Shown in pieces: positions 20,113 through 29,628 of a stretch of DNA of 64,000 nt. Each line of letters opens with the position of its first letter. The stretch's first letter is position 1. The notes beneath the pieces are model-generated. The model was not told the DNA's origin and searched no databases. It was given only the letters and a program-made list of their open reading frames with translations. Origin of the DNA: an uncultured Eubacteriales bacterium (GTDB lineage: Bacteria > Bacillota > Clostridia > Oscillospirales > CAG-272); contig CAKSZH010000008.1 in assembly GCA_934525675.1 (NCBI GenBank), positions 21,914-85,913 of the forward strand. Reading direction: 5' to 3'. The position numbers were made by a program, and so were the translations under genes.

Positions 20113-20705
20113 TGGAGCCGGGAGATTCCCGCCTGACGGATACGCTGTCCATGCTGATGGCGCACCCGGAAATGCTCCGGGGCTTTGCTTCGCTCATCGG
20201 CGGGATGGGTGCGGGCGGGAAAAACGGTGACAGCGGGATATCCGACACCGGGCGACAACCGACGGCAGGCGACAGGAAACCCGGCGTCGGCGGTACGGGC
20301 GGTGATTCCGGCGCGGAATCATCCGGCACCGGCGACCGGCAGTCGTCCCGTGACAGGCTGTCGGAGATCATTGATTCGGTGGTGGCAGAGGGGAGTGCGG
20401 CGTCCGCCGGGGATCGGGAAACCTTCTCCGCCGATGCGGGAGCCGGTGAAACCGGCGGGTACGGCAGGGAGTCAGCCGGAGGAGCCGGTGCGGACGGCGC
20501 AAGCGTTGCGGCAGGGGGGGTCTCCGGGGGAAACTCCAGTGGGAAACGGCAGTTCCGGCTTCCCGGCGACAAGCGGCTGACGCTTCTGGTCGCGCTCAAG
20601 CCTTACTTATCCCCGCGCCGTGCCGCGGCGGTGGACAGCATGGTGCGCTTCGGCAAGATCGGCGAACTTCTGGAAGGGTTTCTGCCCGGAAACGGAGGAA
20701 AATGA
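20112..20705 (+). CDS. hypothetical G/S/D-rich protein with conserved-looking C-terminal helix
   Basis: 197 aa. Ordered ends (MLMAHPEMLRGFASLIGG ... KRLTLLVALKPYLSPRRAAAVDSMVRFGKIGELL) flank a low-complexity core of about 130 aa. Coupled to both neighbours. Confidence 0.6.
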   Translation: MEPGDSRLTDTLSMLMAHPEMLRGFASLIGGMGAGGKNGDSGISDTGRQPTAGDRKPGVGGTGGDSGAESSGTGDRQSSRDRLSEIIDSVVAEGSAASAGDRETFSADAGAGETGGYGRESAGGAGADGASVAAGGVSGGNSSGKRQFRLPGDKRLTLLVALKPYLSPRRAAAVDSMVRFGKIGELLEGFLPGNGGK

Positions 20706-21533
20706 ATGTATTACCGGACTCCTGATGACAGACGGCGTGTGCGGTATCCGTCGGACGACGTGGCGGTGCCGGAGAATTACGGCGGAAACGTGTTCCACAC
20801 GAGCGGCGGGAAGACGACTTTCTCACCGCTGGAGGAGCAGGTGACCCCGGCGGACATTTCCCCCGGGGAGGCGGAACGGGCGGACGGCATGGGCAGTCCC
20901 CCGGCAGGGCCGGATGGGCGTACCGACGGATCGGACGGCACGGGCAGCGGTTCCGACAACCGCAACATGGGTACTTCCGGGGCGGAAAGAGCGACCGGGC
21001 AGTATGACATGGGGCAGGGCAACGGGTTTACGGATGGACCCGGGGGCGACCGCGGGATGTGGCAATCCGGCGGGGGGGCCGATGAGGCGGATTCTTATGG
21101 CGCAGATTACGGGGAAAACCGGAGTTTCCCGGGTTCCGGAGCGGAGCCGTGGGGCGCGGGGCGGGCGGCGGAAGGGGCGCGTGAGCGCGGCGGAAGTCGC
21201 CCGACGGCGGCACACGGCGATGGGGGGAGCGGGGCATGGGAAGCCCCGGGGTTCGGTTACGACGCGCCGGGACAATCTGGTTCCGGATACACGGACCCGG
21301 GAGACAGCGGAACTTCCCGTAAGGGCGTGGATTGCACGGAGAACGGGGACGCGATTGCGGGAGAGCCTCTGCCGCGTTCCTTGCCGAAAACACCGGGGTT
21401 TCTGGAGCATTTTTCGCTTCCCCACGCGCTCGGTTCCGAGGAGCTGCTTCTGCTCGGGCTGATGTACCTGACGGCACAGAAGCCGGGCGACGACCTGTGG
21501 ATTTACCTGTTGGTACTCCTGTTCTGCGGATGA
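20706..21533 (+). CDS. hypothetical G/D/P-rich protein with C-terminal hydrophobic segment
   Basis: 275 aa. The ATG follows the upstream TGA directly. N-terminal motif VPENYGGNVFH, long G-rich core, C-terminal LLLLGLMYLTAQKPGDDLWIYLLVLLFCG. Confidence 0.6.
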   Translation: MYYRTPDDRRRVRYPSDDVAVPENYGGNVFHTSGGKTTFSPLEEQVTPADISPGEAERADGMGSPPAGPDGRTDGSDGTGSGSDNRNMGTSGAERATGQYDMGQGNGFTDGPGGDRGMWQSGGGADEADSYGADYGENRSFPGSGAEPWGAGRAAEGARERGGSRPTAAHGDGGSGAWEAPGFGYDAPGQSGSGYTDPGDSGTSRKGVDCTENGDAIAGEPLPRSLPKTPGFLEHFSLPHALGSEELLLLGLMYLTAQKPGDDLWIYLLVLLFCG

Positions 21534-21584
21534 ATGCTTCCCGGGTACGTGTTCCGTACATGATCCGGTATTCTCACATACAAA

Positions 21585-21618
21585 GCCCCCCGGCGGACCG
21601 TCAGGTCCGCCGGGGGGC
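21585..21618. terminator. GC-rich hairpin between convergent genes (probable bidirectional terminator)
   Basis: Perfect 15-bp stem GCCCCCCGGCGGACC / GGTCCGCCGGGGGGC with loop GTCA. The flanking T/A tracts are weak. Confidence 0.55.
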
Positions 21619-21690
21619 GTGTTTCAATCTATGCTGTCCGGGTGGCTTTCTGTCTTTATACAGCCCCGTTGGAATCCGGTAATCCGGAAA

Positions 21691-22593
21691 TCAGTCCGGC
21701 AGAATCTGAAAATCCGTATACCCGTTTTCCCGGAGCCATGTACGCGCCGCTTCGTCGGATGTGCGGAGAAGCAGACGCACGGGGAAGGCGCGGAGACAGT
21801 AGGACGCACCGTCGAGCAGATCGGTAAGCTCTTCCGTGTCGCCGATCCCGCGGAGATCGAGCGCAAAGAAATCCGCCGACCGGAGGTAGCGCCGGAGTGT
21901 CGCTTCCGCGTTGCCGTTCCGGAAGAACTCCGCGGGGAGCACGGCTCCGATTGCGGTATCTCCCGTGTCCCGACGGAGCGCGGCGAGGTACGCAAGCGAA
22001 GCGCTCTCGTTTTCTCCGTCAAAGTTCAGTCCGTCAAACAGAATCGCGTCGATCCCGTTCCCGGCGATCTCGGCGGCAAGCGAGCGCTCGTAGTATTCCT
22101 CGGCAGACTTTGCCTGTCCGTCCAGTCCCGCAGAGAGCACCCGGAAGACCCCGCAGACATACATTCCGTTTTCATGAAGGTAGGAAATCTCCGTTCCGGC
22201 GTTTTCGGCTACCGCGCCGTCCGCCTGTCGCTTCATGTGGATCGCGGTCTCCGAGCGGTACCCGAGCGTATCGTCCGCGCCCCGGAGAACGACCGAGACG
22301 GCATTGGTTCCGTTTGCCTTCATGTTGTCCACCGCGTATCCGAACGCGAACGCCTCGCAGGTCACACCCGGTACCCGGATATTTCCGTAGGTTACGGAGA
22401 TATCGTCTCTCCCTGCGGGAAGTCCCTCCGTCTGTTTCCCGAGCACGTTCCCGAGCAGAATGGCGAGCCCGAGACCGAGGAGCACCGCTCCGCCGAGGAT
22501 CAGCCACGGCAGGTATCTTTCTCTGTTTCCGGCTCCCCCCATGCGCATGGCGCGCCGGCGGCGGAGCCTTCTCTGTCTTGCACCGTTCATCAT
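21691..22593 (-). CDS. hypothetical membrane-anchored protein
   Basis: 300 aa. Arg-rich N-terminus, one TM (WLILGGAVLLGLGLAILLG), then an extracytoplasmic domain of about 240 aa. The ATGA overlap with the upstream gene implies an operon. Confidence 0.65.
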   Translation of the reverse strand: MMNGARQRRLRRRRAMRMGGAGNRERYLPWLILGGAVLLGLGLAILLGNVLGKQTEGLPAGRDDISVTYGNIRVPGVTCEAFAFGYAVDNMKANGTNAVSVVLRGADDTLGYRSETAIHMKRQADGAVAENAGTEISYLHENGMYVCGVFRVLSAGLDGQAKSAEEYYERSLAAEIAGNGIDAILFDGLNFDGENESASLAYLAALRRDTGDTAIGAVLPAEFFRNGNAEATLRRYLRSADFFALDLRGIGDTEELTDLLDGASYCLRAFPVRLLLRTSDEAARTWLRENGYTDFQILPD

Positions 22594-23786
22594 CTCATGC
22601 TGATTTCCAGCAGATTGAGGCTTTTACCGTATTCATTCAGCTCCACAGAAAGCCCCGCCTTGATTTCTTCAATGTACGATTCCACGAGCGCGCTCTGGTA
22701 TTCTTTCATGAGTGTCTGCACCTCGGCAAGCAGTTTTGCCTCGTCGGGAGCAACGCGGACGGCGACATAGTATCCGCCAGTGGTTTCAATGACGGGGCTG
22801 ACGTCGCCCTCTTTTGCGAGCCCCGATACGCCGTCCCAGAATTCGTCTGTGTAGGTTCCGCGGACAATGAAATAGGGACCGACACCCGTGTAGGCGCAGT
22901 TCTTGTCCGAGCCGATGATGTGACCGATCAGTTCCTCACGTTCCGACGGATCGGCGGCAAGCAGCTGCTCCCGGTAGGAGGCGGCAAGCGCACGGTTGAC
23001 CTCCGGATCCTCGCCCGCGTCATTCTGAATGAAGAAATAATCGACGGGGATCAGGTTGCCCGACGGGATCCGGCTGCTGCCCGACTGCACGGTCAGATAG
23101 TCGTTGTAAAATTTCGCGTAGTCCGCGGGGGCGGTGTAATTGCCATAGAAATCGTAGGTCGTGTCGCCGATCGGCACCTTCCCGATGAAATCGCGGAGCT
23201 GGAAGTAAAGTTCGTTCTGTGCCTGCTCGGCAAGTAGGGTGAAGCGGAAGAGGTGGTCGGTCAGGTAGTATTTCTCAAGCTGTTTTTTGTAGGCGCTGCG
23301 GCTGCCTGCCTCCTTGCGCGTCGCTTCGATCTGCTTCTGCACGGCATCGGTGAGCGCGGAGTCGTTGTAGTTGATCTGATATGCGTCGCACGCCTTGAAT
23401 ACCGCGTAATTGTTGCGGAGTACCGAAAGTACCGTTTCCCGGAACTCCTCGCATTTGTCCGGATCGTTCCAGAATTCCTTCCCGTATGCTTTTTCGTAGG
23501 TGTCCCGATAGGTCATTGCGACAAAGCGGAGTTCCTCGTACTGAATCTCCATGCCGCCGCAGGTCCCGACGACCCGCTTCTCCTCCTCGGTCTGTTTGAT
23601 GGGACGGTCGCCCGTGAGGTACATGACAAGCAGCGTGACGCCGACGGCGACAAGAATCACCGCGAGGATGATCGCCGTGATGAGAATGACCTTTTTCCGG
23701 CTGTTGTGTACCGGTTTCTTTGCGGCTTTGCCCGATGACGCCCTGCCACCGGGAATCCTTTTTTCTTTCAGCACTTTTTCTGCCAT
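22590..23786 (-). CDS. membrane-anchored SurA-N/PrsA-like foldase-type protein (PPIase domain uncertain)
   Basis: N-terminal TM (VILITAIILAVILVAVGVTLLVMYL). The long helical region resembles PrsA/SurA N-domains. The segment GDVSPVIETTGGYYVAVRV resembles the end of a parvulin domain. ATG 23786 is preceded by GGAGG, which lies inside the longer GTG-started ORF. Confidence 0.6.
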   Translation of the reverse strand: MAEKVLKEKRIPGGRASSGKAAKKPVHNSRKKVILITAIILAVILVAVGVTLLVMYLTGDRPIKQTEEEKRVVGTCGGMEIQYEELRFVAMTYRDTYEKAYGKEFWNDPDKCEEFRETVLSVLRNNYAVFKACDAYQINYNDSALTDAVQKQIEATRKEAGSRSAYKKQLEKYYLTDHLFRFTLLAEQAQNELYFQLRDFIGKVPIGDTTYDFYGNYTAPADYAKFYNDYLTVQSGSSRIPSGNLIPVDYFFIQNDAGEDPEVNRALAASYREQLLAADPSEREELIGHIIGSDKNCAYTGVGPYFIVRGTYTDEFWDGVSGLAKEGDVSPVIETTGGYYVAVRVAPDEAKLLAEVQTLMKEYQSALVESYIEEIKAGLSVELNEYGKSLNLLEISMR

Positions 23787-23976
23787 ACTGACCTCCGCCA
23801 CCCGACATTCTTTCCTTGATTATACCGCGATTTTGTGAAGGATGTATGAATTGCCGCCGTATTTTCGCAAAAACACTTTGCAAAATACGGAAAATGTGTT
23901 AAAATGACAGGGAACGGACCGGCTGAAAACAAAGTAAACCGGGAAAGCCCGCACAGGCGGGTGGGGAGGTAAAGGC

Positions 23977-24921
23977 ATGGAAGTCAAATATACCATTCCG
24001 CTTTCGGAAATCGTCAACGAGTTTTCCTTTGAAAAGATTTATCTGCCGGAGGATTACGAGAGTATCAGGATTGTCACGCCGGAGGTCAACCGCCCGGGGC
24101 TTGCCCTGACCGGTTTTTTTGGCGCATTTGAAGAGCAGAGACTGCAGCTGATCGGCAACGCGGAGAACAAGTATCTCAAAAGCCTTGGCGACGAGGACCG
24201 TACCCGCGCCATCCGCCGCTTCATGCACAAGCGCCCTGCGGCGGTGCTGTTTACCTCCAATCTTGAGGTGTATGAGGCGATGATCGACGCGGCAAAGGAC
24301 GAAAACGTCCCCGTGCTCCGTACAAAGGAAAAGACCAGCCCCATCATGTCCTCGCTCATCGCGTCGCTCAATACGCATCTGGCTCCCCGCGTGACCCAGC
24401 ATGGCGTTCTGGTCGAGGTTTACGGCGAGGGAATGCTTCTGCTCGGCGACAGCGGGGTCGGCAAGAGCGAGACCGCGATCGAACTGGTCAAGAGAGGGCA
24501 TCGCCTCATTGCCGATGACGTGGTGGACATCAAGCGCGTTTCTGCCAAGACGCTGGTCGGTACCGCGCCGGAGATCATCCGCCATTATGTGGAGCTGCGC
24601 GGCATCGGCATCATCGACGTCCGCCGGATCTTCGGTATGGGCGCGGTCAAGCAGAGCGAACGCATTGACCTTGTCATCAAGCTGGAGCAGTGGCAGGACG
24701 GCAAGATGTACGACCGTCTGGGGCTTGACGACCAGACCGAGAACATTCTGGGGCTTGAGATTCCGGCAATCACCATTCCTGTCAAGCCCGGCAGAAACCT
24801 TGCCATCATTCTGGAGATCGCCGCCATGAACAACCGCCAGAAGAAGATGGGCTACAACACGGCGGAGGAATTCAACAAAAAGCTCCTGAATCAGATGGGG
24901 CTTGGGGCGGATACGCTGTAA
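23977..24921 (+). CDS. hprK: HPr(Ser) kinase/phosphorylase
   Basis: 314 aa. GVLVEVYGEGMLLLGDSGVGKSETAIELVKRGHRLIADD (P-loop) and the LRGIGIIDV signature. RBS GGAGG upstream. Confidence 0.93.
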   Translation: MEVKYTIPLSEIVNEFSFEKIYLPEDYESIRIVTPEVNRPGLALTGFFGAFEEQRLQLIGNAENKYLKSLGDEDRTRAIRRFMHKRPAAVLFTSNLEVYEAMIDAAKDENVPVLRTKEKTSPIMSSLIASLNTHLAPRVTQHGVLVEVYGEGMLLLGDSGVGKSETAIELVKRGHRLIADDVVDIKRVSAKTLVGTAPEIIRHYVELRGIGIIDVRRIFGMGAVKQSERIDLVIKLEQWQDGKMYDRLGLDDQTENILGLEIPAITIPVKPGRNLAIILEIAAMNNRQKKMGYNTAEEFNKKLLNQMGLGADTL

Positions 24922-25115
24922 CCGCCTGAGGAATCCGCAAAGGGGACCCGGCTGACCGGCAGACGTAATGCCCGGCATCGCGGTCCACTCCGGCGGTTCA
25001 ATCGCGTATCCGGCTGACGAATGAACGTGGTGCCGGCCAAGCGGGCAACGGACTGCCGGGAATACGGCGTGATTCCGGACTTGACAAGGTGACCGGCGCG
25101 CTTCCGGTCAGCGGC

Positions 25116-25427
25116 TCAGTCGGAAAGATCCCCGTAGTCGTAAGTAATCCCGTGCGTGTCGCAGAAGCGGCGGAAGAGGACCAGTGCGTTTTCCCGGGTC
25201 AGCGCCCCGGCGAGCCGCCGGGCAAGATCGTCCGGCGCTACGCCGAGCAGCTTTGCCAGACGGAGCGTCCCGGCGCGGTCAAGGTTGAGATAATATTCCT
25301 CGTATTCCGGATCGGCGCCGGGATTCTGACGGATTCCCGTCATGCTGACGCCGAAAAGCCCGTTTTCCGATAATTCCGCACGCGTTTCACTGTGTAAAAA
25401 GCCGGTATGGGAATCGGTCGGTGTCAT
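25116..25427 (-). CDS. hypothetical protein
   Basis: 103-aa ORF with AAAGGAAG RBS, divergent from the lipoprotein genes. The segment GTLRLAKLLGVAPDDLARRL is vaguely HTH-like (unverified). Confidence 0.5.
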   Translation of the reverse strand: MTPTDSHTGFLHSETRAELSENGLFGVSMTGIRQNPGADPEYEEYYLNLDRAGTLRLAKLLGVAPDDLARRLAGALTRENALVLFRRFCDTHGITYDYGDLSD

Positions 25428-25640
25428 GTATCATGCTTCCTTTCTTTGCTGAAATGTGCGGACAGTGCCGGGGTGCTGACCGCGTTGTCAGTGTACCCGA
25501 AACGGTGTCCGATAAAGCGGACTTGCAGGCATTTTTCGTGAAAGTGAAAAAGTTTACAGATAGAACTTGCATTTTTTTGTGGAATATGATAGGATGAACA
25601 CACTTCCCCCGCCGACGCGGGGAAACTTACGGAGGAATCT

Positions 25641-27383
25641 ATGAAGAGATTGGCAGCGATCCTGCTCGTGTGTCTCATGGTGCTGGGGGCACTTGTGTCC
25701 TGTACCGGAGGCAAGACAACGGAAACCGGGACGGAACCGACGACGGGTAAACCGACGGAATCCGTGACCGAAACCGCAAGCGAAGCTGTGACGGAATCCG
25801 AGTCCGAGTCCTCGACAGAGTCCGCTACGGAAACGGTTCATGAACATACTTACTGGGTGAAGGAGACCCATGCAGCCTCCTGCACCGAAGACGGATACGA
25901 GATTTCGGTCTGTTCCGGCTGTGGGAAGGAGACGCGGGAGGAATTTCCCGCTCTTGGACACCTGCTTGCCGGCAATCGCCACGCATCCGACGGGAAGAGT
26001 GTGGTTTCCTGCGTGCGGTGCCTTTCCGAAATTGAGGTGACGGACGCGGAACGGGAACGCCTGGTTGCCATCGGCGACAGCATCGTCGGCGAGAGACTGC
26101 GGATCACCGCATACGGCACGCCCGACTGCAACAGCCCCATCATTGCGGATCTGTTCAATCGGATCCTTGACATCGGGATCAACACGGTGGTTGCCAACGG
26201 TATGGAGACCTCCAGCGGTCTGTGGTCCGTACTGGAAGCGGCAAACGAAACCGGTATGGATGTGCTTGCCGACGCGACCGCGCTGGCAATCCGGAATCCC
26301 GAAGAGGTCCTGGCAAAGCTGCTCTTCATGGATGAAGAAGAACATCTGGTCGGACTTTATCTGCGCGACGAGCCGTATCCCTTCTGGTTCGGGAACCTGG
26401 GCAAGACTGCCGATCTGCTCCGCAAGGAGTATCCGGGAGTACAGTGGAGCATGGGCGCCAACCTGCTCGGCTGGGGCAATCCCGCGTATGTCTGGAAGGG
26501 CATCTGGGAAGACGGCACGCAGGAGTGGAAGTCCTTCGGCAAAGAGAACCCGGACGGCTCGCCTGCAACGGATGCCAACGGTTCGCTTGCTTTCGGGGAC
26601 GGCATGACCGCAGAGGCGATGCATTACGCGATGAATGTGTACTGGGAGACCGTCAAGCCGGATTTCTTCTGCTTTGACGTGTATCCGTACAACAATCAGG
26701 AATCCGGCAACCTGCCGAACTATCTGGCAAATCTCGCGTTCTTCCAGTATTACGCACTGAAGTATGACGTTCCGATGTGGACCTTCCTCCAGACCGCGAA
26801 CGGCCCCGTGGACGGCTCCGCCGATCCGACCTACACGCAGCTCCGTTGCGAGTCCAACCTGTCTCTTGCCGCCGGCGCCAAGAGCCTGCTCTGCTTCACG
26901 GTGGTGCAGACCTCGGAATGGTCGTACATGATCTCCGCGGACGGTACCGAGATCCGCCCGATCTACTATGACGCAAAGAACGTGTTTACCGGCATTCATC
27001 AGATGAAGGGCGCTTATCTGAGCTATACCTTCGACAAGTACATCGTGAATTCCGCGGATGAGAATTACGGGAAATACTTCACCGAATTTGAAATGGATGG
27101 AATGCTCACGGACACCTACGCGGGGCTTGCCTCCGTGGACGGAGAGGAGATTTTTGTCGGCTGCGGCAAAAACGCCGAGGGCAAGACCGGACTTTACGTG
27201 GTCAATCTCAATTATAAGAAGGACGCCGCTCCGACGACCGCTGTGCTTTACCTGACGGAGGAGCTGTCCTACCGCCTGTGGGGCGATACCGAAGGACTGG
27301 AGGGAGCGGGCGTGACCGACCGTTTCCTGCTTACCCTGGAGCCCGGCGAGGGATGCTTCATTGAGCTGAATCCCGCCGACTGA
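25641..27383 (+). CDS. lipoprotein: Cys-rich N-terminal module plus glycoside-hydrolase-like (TIM-barrel-like) domain, paralog A
   Basis: Lipobox LGALVSC, a T/E/S/G linker, then HEHTYWVKETHAASCTEDGYEISVCSGCGKE. The remainder aligns by eye with the next gene (RDEP/KDEP, ETVKPDFFCFDVYP vs ETVKPDYFCFDRYP, QLRCESNLSLAAGA vs QFRCEVNLSLACGA, both ending ..PAD). RBS GGAGG upstream. Confidence 0.8.
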   Translation: MKRLAAILLVCLMVLGALVSCTGGKTTETGTEPTTGKPTESVTETASEAVTESESESSTESATETVHEHTYWVKETHAASCTEDGYEISVCSGCGKETREEFPALGHLLAGNRHASDGKSVVSCVRCLSEIEVTDAERERLVAIGDSIVGERLRITAYGTPDCNSPIIADLFNRILDIGINTVVANGMETSSGLWSVLEAANETGMDVLADATALAIRNPEEVLAKLLFMDEEEHLVGLYLRDEPYPFWFGNLGKTADLLRKEYPGVQWSMGANLLGWGNPAYVWKGIWEDGTQEWKSFGKENPDGSPATDANGSLAFGDGMTAEAMHYAMNVYWETVKPDFFCFDVYPYNNQESGNLPNYLANLAFFQYYALKYDVPMWTFLQTANGPVDGSADPTYTQLRCESNLSLAAGAKSLLCFTVVQTSEWSYMISADGTEIRPIYYDAKNVFTGIHQMKGAYLSYTFDKYIVNSADENYGKYFTEFEMDGMLTDTYAGLASVDGEEIFVGCGKNAEGKTGLYVVNLNYKKDAAPTTAVLYLTEELSYRLWGDTEGLEGAGVTDRFLLTLEPGEGCFIELNPAD

Positions 27384-27545
27384 TCCCCGGTAAAACACGG
27401 GACGGGAAATCCTCCCGCATACAGGAAGAAGATATACACGGCGGATGTCCGTGACCCGAACCGCTCCATGCGGCTTCCGTCATCTGCCGTTCCCCCGATC
27501 ATACCGGAAATCTGATCCGGAATTCATACATAAGAGGAGAAAACC

Positions 27546-29369
27546 GTGAAAAATATGAAACGAATGACAGCCCTGCTTCTTGCGGTGCTGATGGTGCTTT
27601 CCGCGGCGGCGATCTTTGCGTCGTGCGGCAGAAAAATTCCCGTTCTGCCCGAGGATTCGTCCGGTGCGGCAGACGGGACGGAGCCGAACACCGAGAGGGA
27701 AAGTGAAACGGAAAATCCCGATGAATCCGAAACGCCGGGGCATGTCCATGACTGGAAGGAAGTCGGTCGGAGGGGTGCGACCTGCACGGTTGACGGTTAT
27801 ATTGAAGAGATCTGCAGTATCTGCGGAAATGGCCGCGAGCAGATCACGGAAAAAGCGCTCGGTCATGACTTTGACGACGGCACGGAACACGCGGCAACCT
27901 GCGGCGTGGACGCGTACACCGAATACAAGTGCAGCCGTTGCGGCGAGGTGAAGCGTGATTTCCGGGAAGGCACCGCGACGGGTGAGCACGTTTTCGGCGA
28001 CAAGCCGACCTATGTCAAGGACGGCAACGACAAGGTCTACGCTGTCTGTACGGAGTGCGGATTCCTGAAGGAGCTGTCCGATGACGAACTCCGTCAGGCA
28101 ATCTACAACAGCCTCCGGGACTTCACGCAGGAGGTTGTGGCGTATGACTGCGGAGACGCGGACATCGCGGATTCGTATGTGAAGATCTTTGAACTGATGA
28201 AGGAGGCGGGGATTACCTCGATTGTTTCCTGCTGCCAGGGAATGGGGACGGTGTTGATCCCGCAGTTGCTGGAAGCCTGCGAGGAAGCGGGCATGAATGT
28301 GTATCTGAATATGCACGGCATGGAGCCCGCCGAGATGGTCTATCGCCTCAGCTATTATGCCGAGGGGTACGACTGTGTGCGCGGCATTTACATGAAGGAC
28401 GAACCGGTCCTGAATATGTTTGAGAATCTTGCCGAAGCCAAGCGCCGGATTCTCGAAGAGGTCGAGGGCGCGACCGGTTGGCTGATCGGTGCGAATATGC
28501 TCCCCTATGGTGACCGCGCTTTTGAACCCGGCGACCACGGGTACGGCTATGTCTCCGACGGTTGGTACAATTCCATGGTTTACTATATGGAAACGGTCAA
28601 GCCGGACTACTTCTGCTTTGACCGCTATCCGTGGAACTCCACCGGAGATTTTTCGGAGGCAGCAAATTCCCCCGATCAATACGTTGCAAATCTGCTTGTT
28701 GCCAAGAAGATTGCGGATCTGTACAACGTCCCGCTTCATACCTACCTGCAAACGGTGGCAGTCGGCGGCTACAAGGCTCCGACCGAGACGCAGTTCCGCT
28801 GTGAGGTCAATCTGTCGCTTGCCTGCGGTGCAGACGCTCTCTATCTGTTTACCGTATATGAGGGACACGGGTTTACCGGGTTCATCTCAAGGGAAGGCGA
28901 CGAGCTTGCCGATATGTATTATATCGTGCAGACGGTGATCGAGGAAGTCAACACCATGAAGGGAATTTACGACCTGTTCGATCTCGACAAAGTCATGACG
29001 GTCGGTTGCGACAACTACGCCAAAGCAATGAAGAGCTTCTCCGAGGCGGAGGATTACCTGACCGATTCCTACGGGAAACTGACCTCCGTCACGACCGACG
29101 GCAAGTGCTTTATCGGCTGCATGAAGGACGATGCGGGCAGGGAAGGCTTCTATGTCGTCAACAACAATTATCTGGATGACGGGAACGATACCTATGAGCT
29201 GATATTCGCAGAGGAGACAACCTACCAGCTCTGGACGATGGAGGGACTGGTTGCGATGGGGAAGGCAAGCTCGCTGACGCTGAATCTGATGCCCGGTGAG
29301 GGACAGTTCCTTGTGCTCGGCGGCGAAAATGTGCCGGTGGGTACGACGGAAGTAACTCCTGCCGACTGA
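27546..29369 (+). CDS. lipoprotein: Cys-rich N-terminal modules plus glycoside-hydrolase-like domain, paralog B
   Basis: Lipobox AIFASC. Two to three copies of the H..H..W...C...G......C..CG module. Homologous by eye to 25641-27383 along its C-terminal ~430 aa. GTG 27546 or ATG 27555 as start. Confidence 0.8.
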   Translation: MKNMKRMTALLLAVLMVLSAAAIFASCGRKIPVLPEDSSGAADGTEPNTERESETENPDESETPGHVHDWKEVGRRGATCTVDGYIEEICSICGNGREQITEKALGHDFDDGTEHAATCGVDAYTEYKCSRCGEVKRDFREGTATGEHVFGDKPTYVKDGNDKVYAVCTECGFLKELSDDELRQAIYNSLRDFTQEVVAYDCGDADIADSYVKIFELMKEAGITSIVSCCQGMGTVLIPQLLEACEEAGMNVYLNMHGMEPAEMVYRLSYYAEGYDCVRGIYMKDEPVLNMFENLAEAKRRILEEVEGATGWLIGANMLPYGDRAFEPGDHGYGYVSDGWYNSMVYYMETVKPDYFCFDRYPWNSTGDFSEAANSPDQYVANLLVAKKIADLYNVPLHTYLQTVAVGGYKAPTETQFRCEVNLSLACGADALYLFTVYEGHGFTGFISREGDELADMYYIVQTVIEEVNTMKGIYDLFDLDKVMTVGCDNYAKAMKSFSEAEDYLTDSYGKLTSVTTDGKCFIGCMKDDAGREGFYVVNNNYLDDGNDTYELIFAEETTYQLWTMEGLVAMGKASSLTLNLMPGEGQFLVLGGENVPVGTTEVTPAD

Positions 29370-29383
29370 TTCCGGAATCATTT

Positions 29384-29415
29384 ACGGGCAACCCGCATGG
29401 GTTGCCCGTTTTTTC
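29384..29415 (+). terminator. Rho-independent terminator after lipoprotein paralog B
   Basis: 11-bp stem ACGGGCAACCC/GGGTTGCCCGT, loop GCAT, then TTTTTC. Confidence 0.8.
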
Positions 29416-29628
29416 GTTCCCGGAACTCCGGCAGTTGTGTCTGCGGTTCCCGTTGTCAACGTGTGTGCCCCATGCTTCTTTCCCCGTCCCGCGCTTCGCC
29501 CCTCCGCCGCCCCCCGCTTCTCCCTTGCTCCGAGTGTACCGCTGGACAGCAAGGCGTCGCGATCTCTTGCGTGTACCGCGATCCGGGAATACACCGTCCG
29601 TCGCATGATCGGGAATCCGTGAATTTCA

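Noticed and set aside
19949-21561. Minus-strand ORFs (216, 200 and 177 aa) opposite the G-rich three-gene cassette
   Set aside because: They are P/R/S-rich mirror images of G/D/S-rich plus-strand genes. The plus-strand set has an RBS and precise stop-start coupling, and the minus-strand ORFs have neither.
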